Source of the DNA: Myxococcota bacterium
GTDB taxonomy: Bacteria; Myxococcota_A; UBA9160; UBA4427
Assembly (NCBI GenBank): GCA_045106235.1
Contig: JBGCEJ010000023.1
Span: forward strand, 129,052-193,051
Direction: 5' to 3'
DNA: 64,000 nucleotides
The translations under genes were made by a program, and so were the position numbers. The notes under the pieces were generated by a model. That model saw nothing but the letters and a program-made list of their open reading frames with translations. It did no database searches and had not been told where the DNA came from. Shown piece after piece: positions 1 through 8,772 of this stretch (its first letter is position 1; every line of letters starts with the position of its first letter).

Positions 1-269
1 TGAAGACGGAAGCGGAGCGCGCGAAGGGGGTCGACGCACTCGTGGATATTTTCGAAACACATCGCGCGCATCTCGCCAGCTCGGGTGGGTTGACGCGGAA
101 GGTGAACCGAAGAAATGAACGGGTCTTTTTCGATCTGCTTCGCGAGCGCGCTGCGCAGCGCCTTTTAGAGTCTGCGCCAGAGCAGGGAGCGGAGATTCTC
201 TCTGCTTTGCGGGACGGGGAGCTGGATCCCTACGCAGCGGTTGAGAAGGTGATGGGCGAATACGCCTAA
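1..269 (+). CDS. meaB: 3' end of MeaB/ArgK-type G-protein (methylmalonyl-CoA mutase accessory GTPase), partial at left edge
   Basis: Frame 3 is open from nt 3 to the stop at 267-269. The tail KGVDALVDIFETHRAHLASSGGL..RNERVFFDLLRERAAQRLL resembles the C-terminal dimerisation helix region of MeaB/ArgK. Confidence 0.5.
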   Translation, partial: KTEAERAKGVDALVDIFETHRAHLASSGGLTRKVNRRNERVFFDLLRERAAQRLLESAPEQGAEILSALRDGELDPYAAVEKVMGEYA

Positions 270-332
270 CACGCCGGGGTGTGTCGCCGCTCTCTGCGTA
301 CGTGAAGCGGCGCGTGCGTCGAGGGAAGAGGG

Positions 333-878
333 ATGAAAGGGATTAGACCGATGGAAGAGGTTGATGCGCCAAAACTCAGCTGGGGACATGTCAATCTCAA
401 CGTTCGAGATCTGGAGACTTCGGTGGTTTTCTATCAGAAGCTGGGCTTCGAGGTCTTGATCCCGAGCATTCCGTATCTCGGGATGGAGCGGGCCGGCGAG
501 CCCACCACAATGCCGTCTGACTGCGCCGAGGCGCTTGGGGTGGAGCCTTCTGCGCGGGGCCGGGCCTGCATTATGGGGCTTGGCGGGAAATTCCCGATGC
601 TGGACCTCACCGAGTTTCAACCGGGGGACACACCGCCCTCCTCGCCGGCGCAGGATCCTCAGGATGAGGCGCCGGGTGGACTTGGTTTTGTGCGACTCTG
701 CCTTGCTTCTCAGGAAATCGCAGCGGATCACGCGCAGCTCAGCGCGAAGGGGGTTCCGTTCTCGACCTTGCCCTGTGCGGCGAAGGACGGCATGGCGACG
801 ATCGCGGTCTGCTCAGATCCGGATGGCAATCGGATCGAGTTGATCCAATTGCATCCGGAGCGCTGGCCGGCGGCTTAG
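333..878 (+). CDS. VOC (glyoxalase/bleomycin-resistance/dioxygenase) family protein
   Basis: 181 aa. N-terminal WGHVNLNVRDLETSVVFYQKLGFEV and C-terminal DPDGNRIELIQ are typical VOC beta-alpha-beta-beta-beta motifs. Confidence 0.75.
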   Translation: MKGIRPMEEVDAPKLSWGHVNLNVRDLETSVVFYQKLGFEVLIPSIPYLGMERAGEPTTMPSDCAEALGVEPSARGRACIMGLGGKFPMLDLTEFQPGDTPPSSPAQDPQDEAPGGLGFVRLCLASQEIAADHAQLSAKGVPFSTLPCAAKDGMATIAVCSDPDGNRIELIQLHPERWPAA

Positions 879-887
879 TGGGGGGGC

Positions 888-923
888 GACCGCTTTTCGG
901 GGCGATGCCGCCCGCAAGCGGTC
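888..923. terminator. Hairpin between convergent genes (possible bidirectional terminator)
   Basis: GACCGCTT (888-895) pairs with AAGCGGTC (916-923), with inner GGGCG/CGCCC pairing. It lies between the VOC stop (878) and the minus-strand gene stop (924). There is no strong T-run. Confidence 0.35.
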
Positions 924-1394
924 TTAGTCACAAATCGTTTCGCGCGTGGGTGTCTCGTTCGACTGAAGGTCCTCTATTCCGCTCATTTGAGCCCAGGGCA
1001 TATTCTTCATCATATCCCCGAGGTCTTTCGCGCAGACGCCAAGCTTCTTAACGGTCGGATCGCTTCGGAGCTCTTGGCTAAGGCCCATGCCTTTTCGAAG
1101 CGCTTCATCCGTTTTGCCTTGCTCACAGAGGCGATCGATCTCTTTCGCGGCGACTTCTGTCCGGTCTCTGATGGCTTCGAGCTTTTTCTCGTCGATGTTC
1201 TCCATGCACTGCGCAGCGGCCTCGGCTTGCTGCTGAAGTTTCTGCAGAGCAGCCGGGTCTCCAAATTGTTTCATCATTTCCTGCATCTGCGCGGGATCGA
1301 ATCCGGGGGGCTGCTGCTGAGCGAAGGCGGTCGTGGACAGCGAAATGATCGCGATCAGAGCGAGAGGTGTGAAGGCGGCGAGGCGAAGCATCAT
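924..1394 (-). CDS. Secreted helical hypothetical protein
   Basis: Start trimmed to the internal MMLRLAAFTPLALIAIISLSTTAFAQQ signal peptide (Met31 of the 186-aa ORF). The mature part is Q/E/K-rich and helical with 4 Cys. No family recognised. Confidence 0.55.
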   Translation of the reverse strand: MMLRLAAFTPLALIAIISLSTTAFAQQQPPGFDPAQMQEMMKQFGDPAALQKLQQQAEAAAQCMENIDEKKLEAIRDRTEVAAKEIDRLCEQGKTDEALRKGMGLSQELRSDPTVKKLGVCAKDLGDMMKNMPWAQMSGIEDLQSNETPTRETICD

Positions 1395-1612
1395 TGGAGA
1401 GAAGCTCCTTTCAAGAGCTGAGCAGGTACGGGTGACTGAGACTCGGCGAGAGTCTACCGGACCGGAGCGGAGGCTTCTGTGCAAACAGCACAGAGCGTCG
1501 GGGCGAGTCGAGGTCGCTCGGGGCGAACGGGCGCCAGACTCGGTACCTTATCAACGCTGTGCGCCGAGCGATTCCGCGAGGACGAAGAGACCTGCCGATC
1601 TTGTTCCCCAAA

Positions 1613-2071
1613 ATGGCTCCCAAGACACTTCAGATGCTCTTGATTGCGGCAGCGCTCGCATACCTTCTGCTGCCCTACGACCTGATTCCGGATTTCTTTG
1701 GTCTGCCGGGTCGGCTGGACGACGTTTTGATGATGGCCTGGTTAGCTTGGCTCTATCAAACGCGGGGGAGCGAGTGGCTGAGCTCCGGGGCCGGCACAAA
1801 GCAGCGCGGAACGTCCGGGAAGGGCCAAGCGCGGGCGAAGGGGCAGGGGGCGGGCGGCGCTCGCGCCTCTGCAGGCGAGTCCGGGGAAGATCCTTACGTC
1901 GTCCTCGGCGTGCGCGCCGGGGCTTCGGCGGATGAGGTTCAACGCGCCTATCGGGAACGCATGCAGGAGTATCATCCGGATAAGGTCGCCCATCTCGGCA
2001 AAGCGCTTCAGGAGCTCGCTCTCAAAAAGACACACGAGATTCAGCGTGCCTATCGGCAATTGTCGGGGTGA
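1613..2071 (+). CDS. DUF1232 (YkvA-like) membrane domain fused to a DnaJ J-domain
   Basis: LLLPYDLIPDFFGLPGRLDD is a DUF1232 motif. The C-terminal DPYVVLGV..ADEVQRAYRERMQEYHPDK is a J-domain with HPD. The start could be 1559 instead of the ATG at 1613. Confidence 0.7.
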   Translation: MAPKTLQMLLIAAALAYLLLPYDLIPDFFGLPGRLDDVLMMAWLAWLYQTRGSEWLSSGAGTKQRGTSGKGQARAKGQGAGGARASAGESGEDPYVVLGVRAGASADEVQRAYRERMQEYHPDKVAHLGKALQELALKKTHEIQRAYRQLSG

Positions 2072-3084
2072 GTCGGAGAAGCTTGGAGTCGCCACCGGAG
2101 ACCGCTTTGAACGAAGCGCCTCTCACGTCGGAGGAAAAGGCTGAACGGCATCGTCTGGGGATGCGCTGGGCGTTTGCCTCCGCGATTGGTGTGGCCTTTA
2201 TGGTCATTCCGTGGAAAATGGCGACGCACGCGGGGGAGCCGGGTGTCGCCGTGCTGCTCTTGCTTGGCGTGGCCGCCGCGGCGAACTCCTTACTCGCAAT
2301 CGGGCAGAAGCTGACGGGGCGGATTTCCGGCGCGAGTGTTCGGCGAATCGATCTCGCGGTGGCGGCGCTGCTCGCCATCTTTACGTTACTGGGAAATCAT
2401 GCGAGCGCGTTGGCCGCAGTCGAGTTGTCTCCTGCGGTGCTCAACGTGCTTTTGCGGACGGATATCCTTTTCGTGGCGTTATTAGGCGCCTTGCTGCTGG
2501 GCGAGAAGGTGGACCGACCGTTTTGGGTCGGGGCGGCAATTGCAGCGCTTGGGCTCGTAGTATCACAAGGCATGCCTTCGGAAGTCGCTCTAGGCGAAAG
2601 CGGAGTCGGAGAGAGTCCGAAGCTCTCCAGCATGGTCATGAGCGGAACTGGGATCGCGATCCTCGCCGCCGGCGCCTTTAGCGGCCTTTCAATCGTGACT
2701 CGCTATTTCGTTCACCGCATCAATCTCGTAGCAGTGAACGCCATCCGTCTATGGATGGCCGTCTTGCTTTGGTTGCTTCTGAATGAATGGCCTCTCTGGT
2801 CATCGATCCCGACGAAGCAGATCGGCTACGCGGCGGTTGCGGCAATCGCTGGGCCTTTCCTCGGGCGGCTTTGTCTGATGATGTCCGCGAGGTATCTCGA
2901 GGCCCGGGTGACAACCCTCGTCCAGCTGACCGCTCCCGCGCTGACCCTGGTGTTGGCTTTTGTGATGATGGGGGAATGGCCGAGCGCCCGCGAGCTGGTC
3001 GGCGGGCTCATCATCATCGCGGGTGTGGCGGTGCCTCTGCTGCCGTCCCGGGATCCGCGTCGGGGCGGCCGGGCCCGCGGCTGA
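2068..3084 (+). CDS. EamA/DMT-family transporter
   Basis: 338 aa with about 10 predicted hydrophobic helices in two EamA-like halves. Its GTG start overlaps the upstream stop (GTGA). Confidence 0.75.
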   Translation: MSRRSLESPPETALNEAPLTSEEKAERHRLGMRWAFASAIGVAFMVIPWKMATHAGEPGVAVLLLLGVAAAANSLLAIGQKLTGRISGASVRRIDLAVAALLAIFTLLGNHASALAAVELSPAVLNVLLRTDILFVALLGALLLGEKVDRPFWVGAAIAALGLVVSQGMPSEVALGESGVGESPKLSSMVMSGTGIAILAAGAFSGLSIVTRYFVHRINLVAVNAIRLWMAVLLWLLLNEWPLWSSIPTKQIGYAAVAAIAGPFLGRLCLMMSARYLEARVTTLVQLTAPALTLVLAFVMMGEWPSARELVGGLIIIAGVAVPLLPSRDPRRGGRARG

Positions 3085-3236
3085 GGCAAAGAACACCCCG
3101 ATGTTTCGGGTCCGCATTTCCCCTGAGCCCGCTTTAAAGAAACCCTAGTTGCTTCAAACCTGCGCAGAAAACGCACTTCTCCGCCGATACGATAGGCATC
3201 ATATTCGCCAGTCGATAGACGGAGAGGGGACCACAC

Positions 3237-4514
3237 TTGGATCAGAAGACGCTCGGACTCGTTCAGGCCCACGCTTTGGGTTGGGATGGATCAAAAGACT
3301 ATTCGCTTTTCGATGTGAATGATCAGCCGATCGTGCAGCACACGCTGACGCGGCTGCTCGAAGCGCGCGGTGTCTCTGCAAGCCAGACCTGTATCGCAGT
3401 GCCCGATGACGACGTGAATGAGGCGTTTCGGCCGATCGCCGATGCGATGGGCGTCGAGGTGTTTCGCGGCTCAGCACACGATGTTGGGAAGCGCTTGCTG
3501 GCAGCGGCGGATGCATACGGGGCCACGCGGATCCTGCACGTGATGGGGCAGCATATGTTCCTGATCCCGCAGCTCCTCGACCGGATGCTCGAGGTTCAGG
3601 ACGCGACCGATGCCGATCTTGTCCAAGCGCCGATTAACTTTGAGCCGCGCTTCACGGGCATCGTTGTGAAAGTGGAAGCCCTGCGCCGGGCCGTCGCTGA
3701 AATCGAGCAGCTCCCGGAAGAGGATGGGCTGCGACTCGCGGCGCGACCGCTCTCGTATATGTTTAACGATCCGGAAAATTACCGCGTCGAGGTCATCCCC
3801 GCGCAGGAACTCCCCGTCTACGCGGACGCGGATCTGGTCGAGTTTCGGAACTTGGCGCGCCAGATGTACTGCGAGGAGCGTTCCGTTCTGAACCGCGGTG
3901 CTGCCTATCAGCCCGGCAACTATAATCAGCAGCGCTACGTCTATGCGCTGAGTCAGCTTTCTGAGTCTGATGAAGTGATTGATGCGGCTTGCGGCGACGG
4001 CTACGGATCCGAGATGATCGCGGAACGATGTCAGCGCGTCGTTGGCGTTGATCTTGATGAAGATACGATTCGCGAGGCGAAGCTGCGGTCGGCGGATGTT
4101 GCGAATCTTCGGTTTGAGCACGGCAACGCCTGTCAGCTGGCGGAGCCCGATGAGAGCTTTTCAGTTTTCGTCAGTCTCGAGACGATTGAGCATATTCCGG
4201 ACGTGGACGCGTTTTGTCGCGAGGTGAAGCGGGTGCTGAAGCCGGGTGGACGCTTTATTTGCTCGACGCCGCAGAACCTCTTCGGGAAAATTCCGATTAA
4301 CCCTTGGCATCTTCGTGAGTACAGTGCCTCGGAATTTCGTGAGATCCTTGAGCGCCATTTTGAGGGCGTCGAGATTCGAGGCGCCGTGAATGGCGTACTC
4401 ACTGAGGGCGAACTCGGGAATAACATGATCGCGATTGCGAAGCGGCCTGCAGAGAAGCGCCGAAAGACCGGGGCGTGGTCTGGAGCGAACTTTGAGGGTG
4501 GGCCGTCGGCCTAG
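3237..4514 (+). CDS. Fusion protein: SpsF/cytidylyltransferase-like N-domain plus class I SAM-dependent methyltransferase
   Basis: The N-half (..CIAVPDDDV..VFRGSAHDVGKRLL..RILHVMGQHMF) is SpsF/CTP_transf_3-like. The C-half has methyltransferase motif I VIDAACGDGYGS and LKPGGRFICSTP. TTG start. Confidence 0.65.
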   Translation: MDQKTLGLVQAHALGWDGSKDYSLFDVNDQPIVQHTLTRLLEARGVSASQTCIAVPDDDVNEAFRPIADAMGVEVFRGSAHDVGKRLLAAADAYGATRILHVMGQHMFLIPQLLDRMLEVQDATDADLVQAPINFEPRFTGIVVKVEALRRAVAEIEQLPEEDGLRLAARPLSYMFNDPENYRVEVIPAQELPVYADADLVEFRNLARQMYCEERSVLNRGAAYQPGNYNQQRYVYALSQLSESDEVIDAACGDGYGSEMIAERCQRVVGVDLDEDTIREAKLRSADVANLRFEHGNACQLAEPDESFSVFVSLETIEHIPDVDAFCREVKRVLKPGGRFICSTPQNLFGKIPINPWHLREYSASEFREILERHFEGVEIRGAVNGVLTEGELGNNMIAIAKRPAEKRRKTGAWSGANFEGGPSA

Positions 4515-4560
4515 TGCCTCAGCCTAGTGCTTAGGCTTAGTGCTTAGGCTTAGTACATGG
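4509..4560. repeat. About 13-nt tandem repeat x4 (GCCTAGTGCYTAG-like)
   Basis: The four units are gcctagtgcctca, gcctagtgcttag, gcttagtgcttag and gcttagtacatgg, read directly. It starts at the stop codon of the upstream CDS and sits in a convergent spacer. Confidence 0.7.
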
Positions 4561-4602
4561 GAATCGCCCGCGTGAGCCAATCCGGCCGTTCGTCACTGGG
4601 AT

Positions 4603-5307
4603 CTACTCGTTGAGTGCCATGAAGAGCCAGTTCGTTTCATGCTCTCCCGTGAGCTCATTGTCGAAGGCGACGGGTTCGATCTCGCCGTGGGGGAAGACCG
4701 CGCGAAGGGCTTTTGAGAAGGGGGAGCTGTCGGCGTAGGACCAAACGCCGAGGAGTCCGCCCGGACGAAGGTGAGCTTTGGCTGCGCGGAGTCCCGCTTC
4801 GGTGTAAAAGGGAAGGTTGGCGTCCGCGAGAGGTTCGTCGGGCGAGTGATCGACATCGACAAGGATCAAGTCGTATTTCGTTTCGGGGGCAGCGGCGAGC
4901 ATGGCGTACACGTCCCCCTCTATGACGGCATACCGCGGGTCGGAGTTCAGTTCATCGGCAAGGGGGACGAGGCCCGCCTTCATCCACTGAATCACCTGCG
5001 GTAGGAACTCGACGACATCGCATCGCGTAACCGCCGAAGAGCGCAGCGCTTCATGCGCGGTGTACCCAAGGCCAAGGCCGCCGACGAGGACGCGGAGATT
5101 TTCGCTGCCGCCATGCCGCTCGAGGGCTCGACTCGAGAGCGCGCGTTCCGAGGCGGTGTGGTAGCTGCTCATCAGCAACATGTGGTCCACGGTAATTTCG
5201 GTGACGATTGTGCCCGGGCGAGCAAGGAGCTCTCGCCGGCGGAGGCAGATCGAGCCGATCGGACTATCGCTATAGGCCAGCACTTCGAGGTTGGAGGTCG
5301 TTGCCAT
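4603..5307 (-). CDS. Spermidine-synthase-like (polyamine aminopropyltransferase family) methyltransferase-fold protein
   Basis: VLVGGLGLGYTAHEAL.., VVEFLPQVI.., DLILVDVDHSPDEPL and GGLLGVW match the spermidine-synthase-like fold pattern. Confidence 0.7.
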   Translation of the reverse strand: MATTSNLEVLAYSDSPIGSICLRRRELLARPGTIVTEITVDHMLLMSSYHTASERALSSRALERHGGSENLRVLVGGLGLGYTAHEALRSSAVTRCDVVEFLPQVIQWMKAGLVPLADELNSDPRYAVIEGDVYAMLAAAPETKYDLILVDVDHSPDEPLADANLPFYTEAGLRAAKAHLRPGGLLGVWSYADSSPFSKALRAVFPHGEIEPVAFDNELTGEHETNWLFMALNE

Positions 5308-5508
5308 AGACTGCGCACGCTAGCAGCTCGGGGGAGGCGGTGAGGCTCAGGGCGAGGTGGTCACGAGGCGGTCGACGTGGTCGCGGAGGTTCTTACACGC
5401 CCCGTCTTCGTCCCTACTTGTCCGTCTTCGGTCCGTCTTGCGTCCGGCTTTGTCCGCATCCGCCCGCCCGCCCGCATCCTTGAGGATTCAGGGTAGACTT
5501 CCGCGTGC

Positions 5509-6360
5509 ATGAGTCGCTCCTCTTTCGAAAATAGTGGAAGCCTGACCGCAGGCGTCGCCTCGCGGTCTTGGTCGACGGATTCGCTGGCCCAGGCGCTGGG
5601 GCTACGGGACCAGGGCGAATTGGTTTCGATCGTGGGCGGCGGTGGGAAGAGCGCGGCGCTCTTTGGGCTTGGGGCGTCGCTTCCAGGACAGACTCTGCTG
5701 ACGACGACGACGCGGATCTTCGCCGCGCAAACGAGTCGTGCGGCGAGGAGCTGCTCGTATGGCTCGACGGAATGCCAAGTCGCGCTCCGGGCGGGGGCAG
5801 GCGGGCTTCTTGTCATCGGCGAGATTGAGGGCGAGAAGGCAAAGGGCGTCGGACGTGAGGTTCCGGGGCTGTTCCTCGCGGCGCCGGGCGTGGACTCTGT
5901 CGTGGTGGAAGCCGACGGATCGCGGATGTTGCCTGCCAAAGCGCCGGCGGATCACGAACCGGTTTTGCCTGACGAGACGACGCTCTTGCTCGTGGTCGCT
6001 GGCATTGATGCACTTGCGGGGCCAATCGAGGAGACGTGTCATCGGCCCGGGCGTGTGAGCGCTCTCGTGGGGCTTGGCCGCGCTGAGGCGCTCGGTCCTG
6101 CTGACTTGTCCCGGTTGCTCTGCCATCCCGAAGGAGGCTTGAAAGGCCTACCTGAGTCTTCGCGAGCCGCGCTCTTGATCAACAAGGTGGAGACGGCGCA
6201 GGAGTGGACGGCCGCTCGGATCGTCGCAGGGGAGGCGCTGCAATGCGCTGGGGTCGATCGAGTCGTCTTGGGCGCGCTCGAGCCAGAGGCTCCCTCTGGC
6301 GCCACGGGATCTCTCGGAAGGCCGGTCGTCCAGAAGCTCGAAGTTCACGAGCGGGGTTGA
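5509..6360 (+). CDS. yqeC: YqeC-like selenium-dependent hydroxylase accessory protein (P-loop-like)
   Basis: LVSIVGGGGKSAALFGL, LLTTTTRIF and VVVEADGSRMLPAKAP..HEPV match the pattern I recall for the YqeC family (TIGR03172). Confidence 0.55.
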   Translation: MSRSSFENSGSLTAGVASRSWSTDSLAQALGLRDQGELVSIVGGGGKSAALFGLGASLPGQTLLTTTTRIFAAQTSRAARSCSYGSTECQVALRAGAGGLLVIGEIEGEKAKGVGREVPGLFLAAPGVDSVVVEADGSRMLPAKAPADHEPVLPDETTLLLVVAGIDALAGPIEETCHRPGRVSALVGLGRAEALGPADLSRLLCHPEGGLKGLPESSRAALLINKVETAQEWTAARIVAGEALQCAGVDRVVLGALEPEAPSGATGSLGRPVVQKLEVHERG

Positions 6361-6375
6361 GTTCTCGCTTATTCC

Positions 6376-7710
6376 TTAGCGTTTTGGATGGACTTTTGTC
6401 GGTAACTCGCTGAAACCTTTCACGAAATTGGAACGAACGCGGATGGGGTCGCCGACCACCTCGACCTTGTCGAAGCGTTCCTGAATCTCTTCCCACAGAA
6501 TTCGGAGCTGCATCTCGGCGAGCCGGCTCCCCATGCAAAAATGGACGCCCCAGCCGAAGGAGAGGTGGTGCTTTGGATTCTTGCGGTCAATGATGAATTC
6601 GTTGGCGCGTTCGATCGCTGTTTCGTCCCGGTTCGCGGACACGTACCACATGGCGACCTTGTCGCCCTTCTCGATCGATTTACCGCCGAGCTCCGTGTCG
6701 CAGGTCGCCGTGCGCCGCATGTAGGCCAGGGGCGTTTGCCAGCGAATCATTTCACTGGTCATGCCGGGGATCAGCTTTGGGTTCTCTCGCAGCTTTTGAT
6801 ACTCCGCGGGGTTTTCGTTGAGGGCGAGGACACCGCCCGTAATCGAGTTCCGAGTCGTGTCGTTTCCCCCGACGATCAGGAGGATCAGCGTCCCGAGGTA
6901 CTCGAGGGGTTCGAGGTCACGCATCGCCTCGCTGTTCGCCATCGCAGTCACGAGGTCGAGGCGCCGGCCATCGAGCGGTGTGCCTTCGCGTTCTTTCCAC
7001 ATGCGCGTGAACGTTTCGAGGCAGACGAAGAGTTCGGCGCGTTGCGTTTCCTCCGTTAGTCCGATTTGTTCGAGCTGGACGGGGCTCATGGTCGCGATAT
7101 CCGACCAATAGGTGAGCTTGTGCTTTTCCTCTTGTGGGAAATCGAAGAGCGTTGCGAGCATGGCCGTCGTGAGCTCAATCGAGACCCGTTCAACCCAGTT
7201 GAAGGTCTCTCCGACGGGCAGTCCGTCGAGGATCTCGACGACGCGTTCGCGGATCAAGGGTTCGAGGATCGCGAGGTTGCGGGGGGCTGCGGCGGGTTGG
7301 GCGACGGCGCGATGCGCGTTATGCCGATCGCCGTCCATTGAGATGAATCCGGGCGAAAGTGGGAAATCGGGTTCGGGGTCGAAGAGCGTAATGCTCAGCG
7401 CGGAGGAGAAGATCTCCGGGTGTTTCTCGACGTGGACGATGTCCTCGAATTTGGTGACGGACCAGAAGCGGCCGAATTCGGTTTCCGGGGAGAGGTGGAC
7501 GGGCTCCTCATTCCGGAGCCGCTCGAAATATCCCCAGATCTCGTCGTGCTCAAAGAGTTCCGCATCCGAGACATCGATTTCTGCGAGGGGGATCGAGTAG
7601 GGATCTACGCCGACCTGGCCTTTCGAGGGGAACGCGAGGGCGGGGGCGGGGGCGGGGGCAGGAGCGGAGTCTTGCTCGGCGGACTGCGGGGCGTTCAGCG
7701 CTTCACTCAT
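6376..7710 (-). CDS. Cytochrome P450, CYP153-like terminal (alkane/omega) hydroxylase
   Basis: Long colinear similarity to CYP153A as recalled: FWSVTKFEDIV, VSIELTTAMLATLFDFP, LLIVGGNDTTRNSITGGVLALNENP, EMIRWQTPLAYMRRTA and FVKGFSELP. Heme loop is HLSFGWGVHFCMGSRLAE. Start trimmed to the MSEALNAP Met at 7710. Confidence 0.9.
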   Translation of the reverse strand: MSEALNAPQSAEQDSAPAPAPAPALAFPSKGQVGVDPYSIPLAEIDVSDAELFEHDEIWGYFERLRNEEPVHLSPETEFGRFWSVTKFEDIVHVEKHPEIFSSALSITLFDPEPDFPLSPGFISMDGDRHNAHRAVAQPAAAPRNLAILEPLIRERVVEILDGLPVGETFNWVERVSIELTTAMLATLFDFPQEEKHKLTYWSDIATMSPVQLEQIGLTEETQRAELFVCLETFTRMWKEREGTPLDGRRLDLVTAMANSEAMRDLEPLEYLGTLILLIVGGNDTTRNSITGGVLALNENPAEYQKLRENPKLIPGMTSEMIRWQTPLAYMRRTATCDTELGGKSIEKGDKVAMWYVSANRDETAIERANEFIIDRKNPKHHLSFGWGVHFCMGSRLAEMQLRILWEEIQERFDKVEVVGDPIRVRSNFVKGFSELPTKVHPKR

Positions 7711-7807
7711 GGTCTTCTCCTGCGAAACGCAACGGCCGCTTGCGTTGTTTCGCAAAAGGATATCGCCTTCAGCCCAGGGCGGAGAGAAACCTGACTGAAG
7801 GGCCTGT

Positions 7808-8176
7808 TTAGTCGCTTGAGAGTCTCCGTCTCAGCGCTCGGATCCCGTACTGGACGCCGAGGGAGAGGAGGGCGGCGCCGAGTCCCGTCACGACCGCTTC
7901 GGCAAAGATCGGGCCGAACATCCCTGGGTGGACGTAGAAGTCGACGACGGTCGTGGCGAGGCCAAGGACGCTGGAGACAATCCAGGGGCGAGTCGCGCGA
8001 GTGAGGATCACAGCGGCCGAGGTCACTGTGCCTGCGATCAGGCCCGTTTCCGAAGCGATGAGCCAATGGCTGAGGCCAAGTGAAAGCAGATTGCCCTGAA
8101 CCATCGTGACGAGGCAAGCCGCGGTGGCCTCGCTGCAGTTTTCCAGATAGTTCTGAGCCTGCTTTTTGACCATCAA
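7808..8176 (-). CDS. Small integral membrane hypothetical protein
   Basis: 122 aa with 3-4 hydrophobic segments. No family recognised. Confidence 0.45.
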   Translation of the reverse strand: MMVKKQAQNYLENCSEATAACLVTMVQGNLLSLGLSHWLIASETGLIAGTVTSAAVILTRATRPWIVSSVLGLATTVVDFYVHPGMFGPIFAEAVVTGLGAALLSLGVQYGIRALRRRLSSD

Positions 8177-8230
8177 AGTCGGGGTATCCCTTCTTTACAG
8201 GACGATCCTTTGATCGACCGCGCGGGGCAA

Positions 8231-8689
8231 CTAGGGATGCAGCCGCGTTGTCGAAGCCAGCTGACCTGTTCCCCAGAGTTTGGCATAGGCCTCGCAGTGG
8301 ACGATGACGGTGGTGAAATCGGCCAGGTCGACATGGTCAGGGATTAGGTAGCGCTGTCCGCCTCGAAAGGACTGAAGTTTACCGAGGCGAACGGCGTCTC
8401 GCGTCGCGTTTCGGCCCGTTACGTCGCCGGGGACTTGGCGACTGAGGAAGACTTTGAGGTCAGGAGCATTCTGTGCGCGGAAGCTGTCGCCGAACTGGAG
8501 GTAGCTGCGTCCGCCCTCCTGTGTGATTTCGAAGCGTCCCGAGAGCGCCGCGCCGCGGGTGAAGCTTTCGAAATCACTCTGAAAGGCCCCGCCGGCAAGC
8601 GGGCTCGCGATCGATTGGAGGCTCGCCAGGAGGAGGACTGCGATCAACGTCAAAGCGCCGAGAGGGGAGCTGATATTTCGATGCATCAT
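8231..8689 (-). CDS. Secreted DM13-domain protein
   Basis: Signal peptide is LTLIAVLLLASLQSIASP. GRFEITQEGGRSYLQFGDSFRAQNAPDLKVFLS..VIVHCEAYAKLWG resembles the DM13 domain. Confidence 0.6.
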   Translation of the reverse strand: MMHRNISSPLGALTLIAVLLLASLQSIASPLAGGAFQSDFESFTRGAALSGRFEITQEGGRSYLQFGDSFRAQNAPDLKVFLSRQVPGDVTGRNATRDAVRLGKLQSFRGGQRYLIPDHVDLADFTTVIVHCEAYAKLWGTGQLASTTRLHP

Positions 8690-8772
8690 GGAGATCTCTT
8701 TTTGATGGGGCGTTGTTTGAATCGTTCTGATTTGGATACGCTCAGGCTCATCCGTCGGTTACGGCGCGACAA

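Noticed and set aside
1333-1935. 200-aa plus-strand ORF overlapping both the secreted-protein gene and the DnaJ-DUF1232 gene
   Set aside because: It is Arg-rich and motif-free. The competing frames carry a signal peptide (minus strand) and the DUF1232 and J-domain motifs (plus strand).
5361-5939. 192-aa minus-strand ORF spanning the 5307-5509 intergenic region and the yqeC start
   Set aside because: It has Pro/Ser/Arg-rich composition and overlaps the better-supported yqeC frame. The GTCCGTCTT-like short repeats in the intergenic part look like promoter-region low-complexity sequence.
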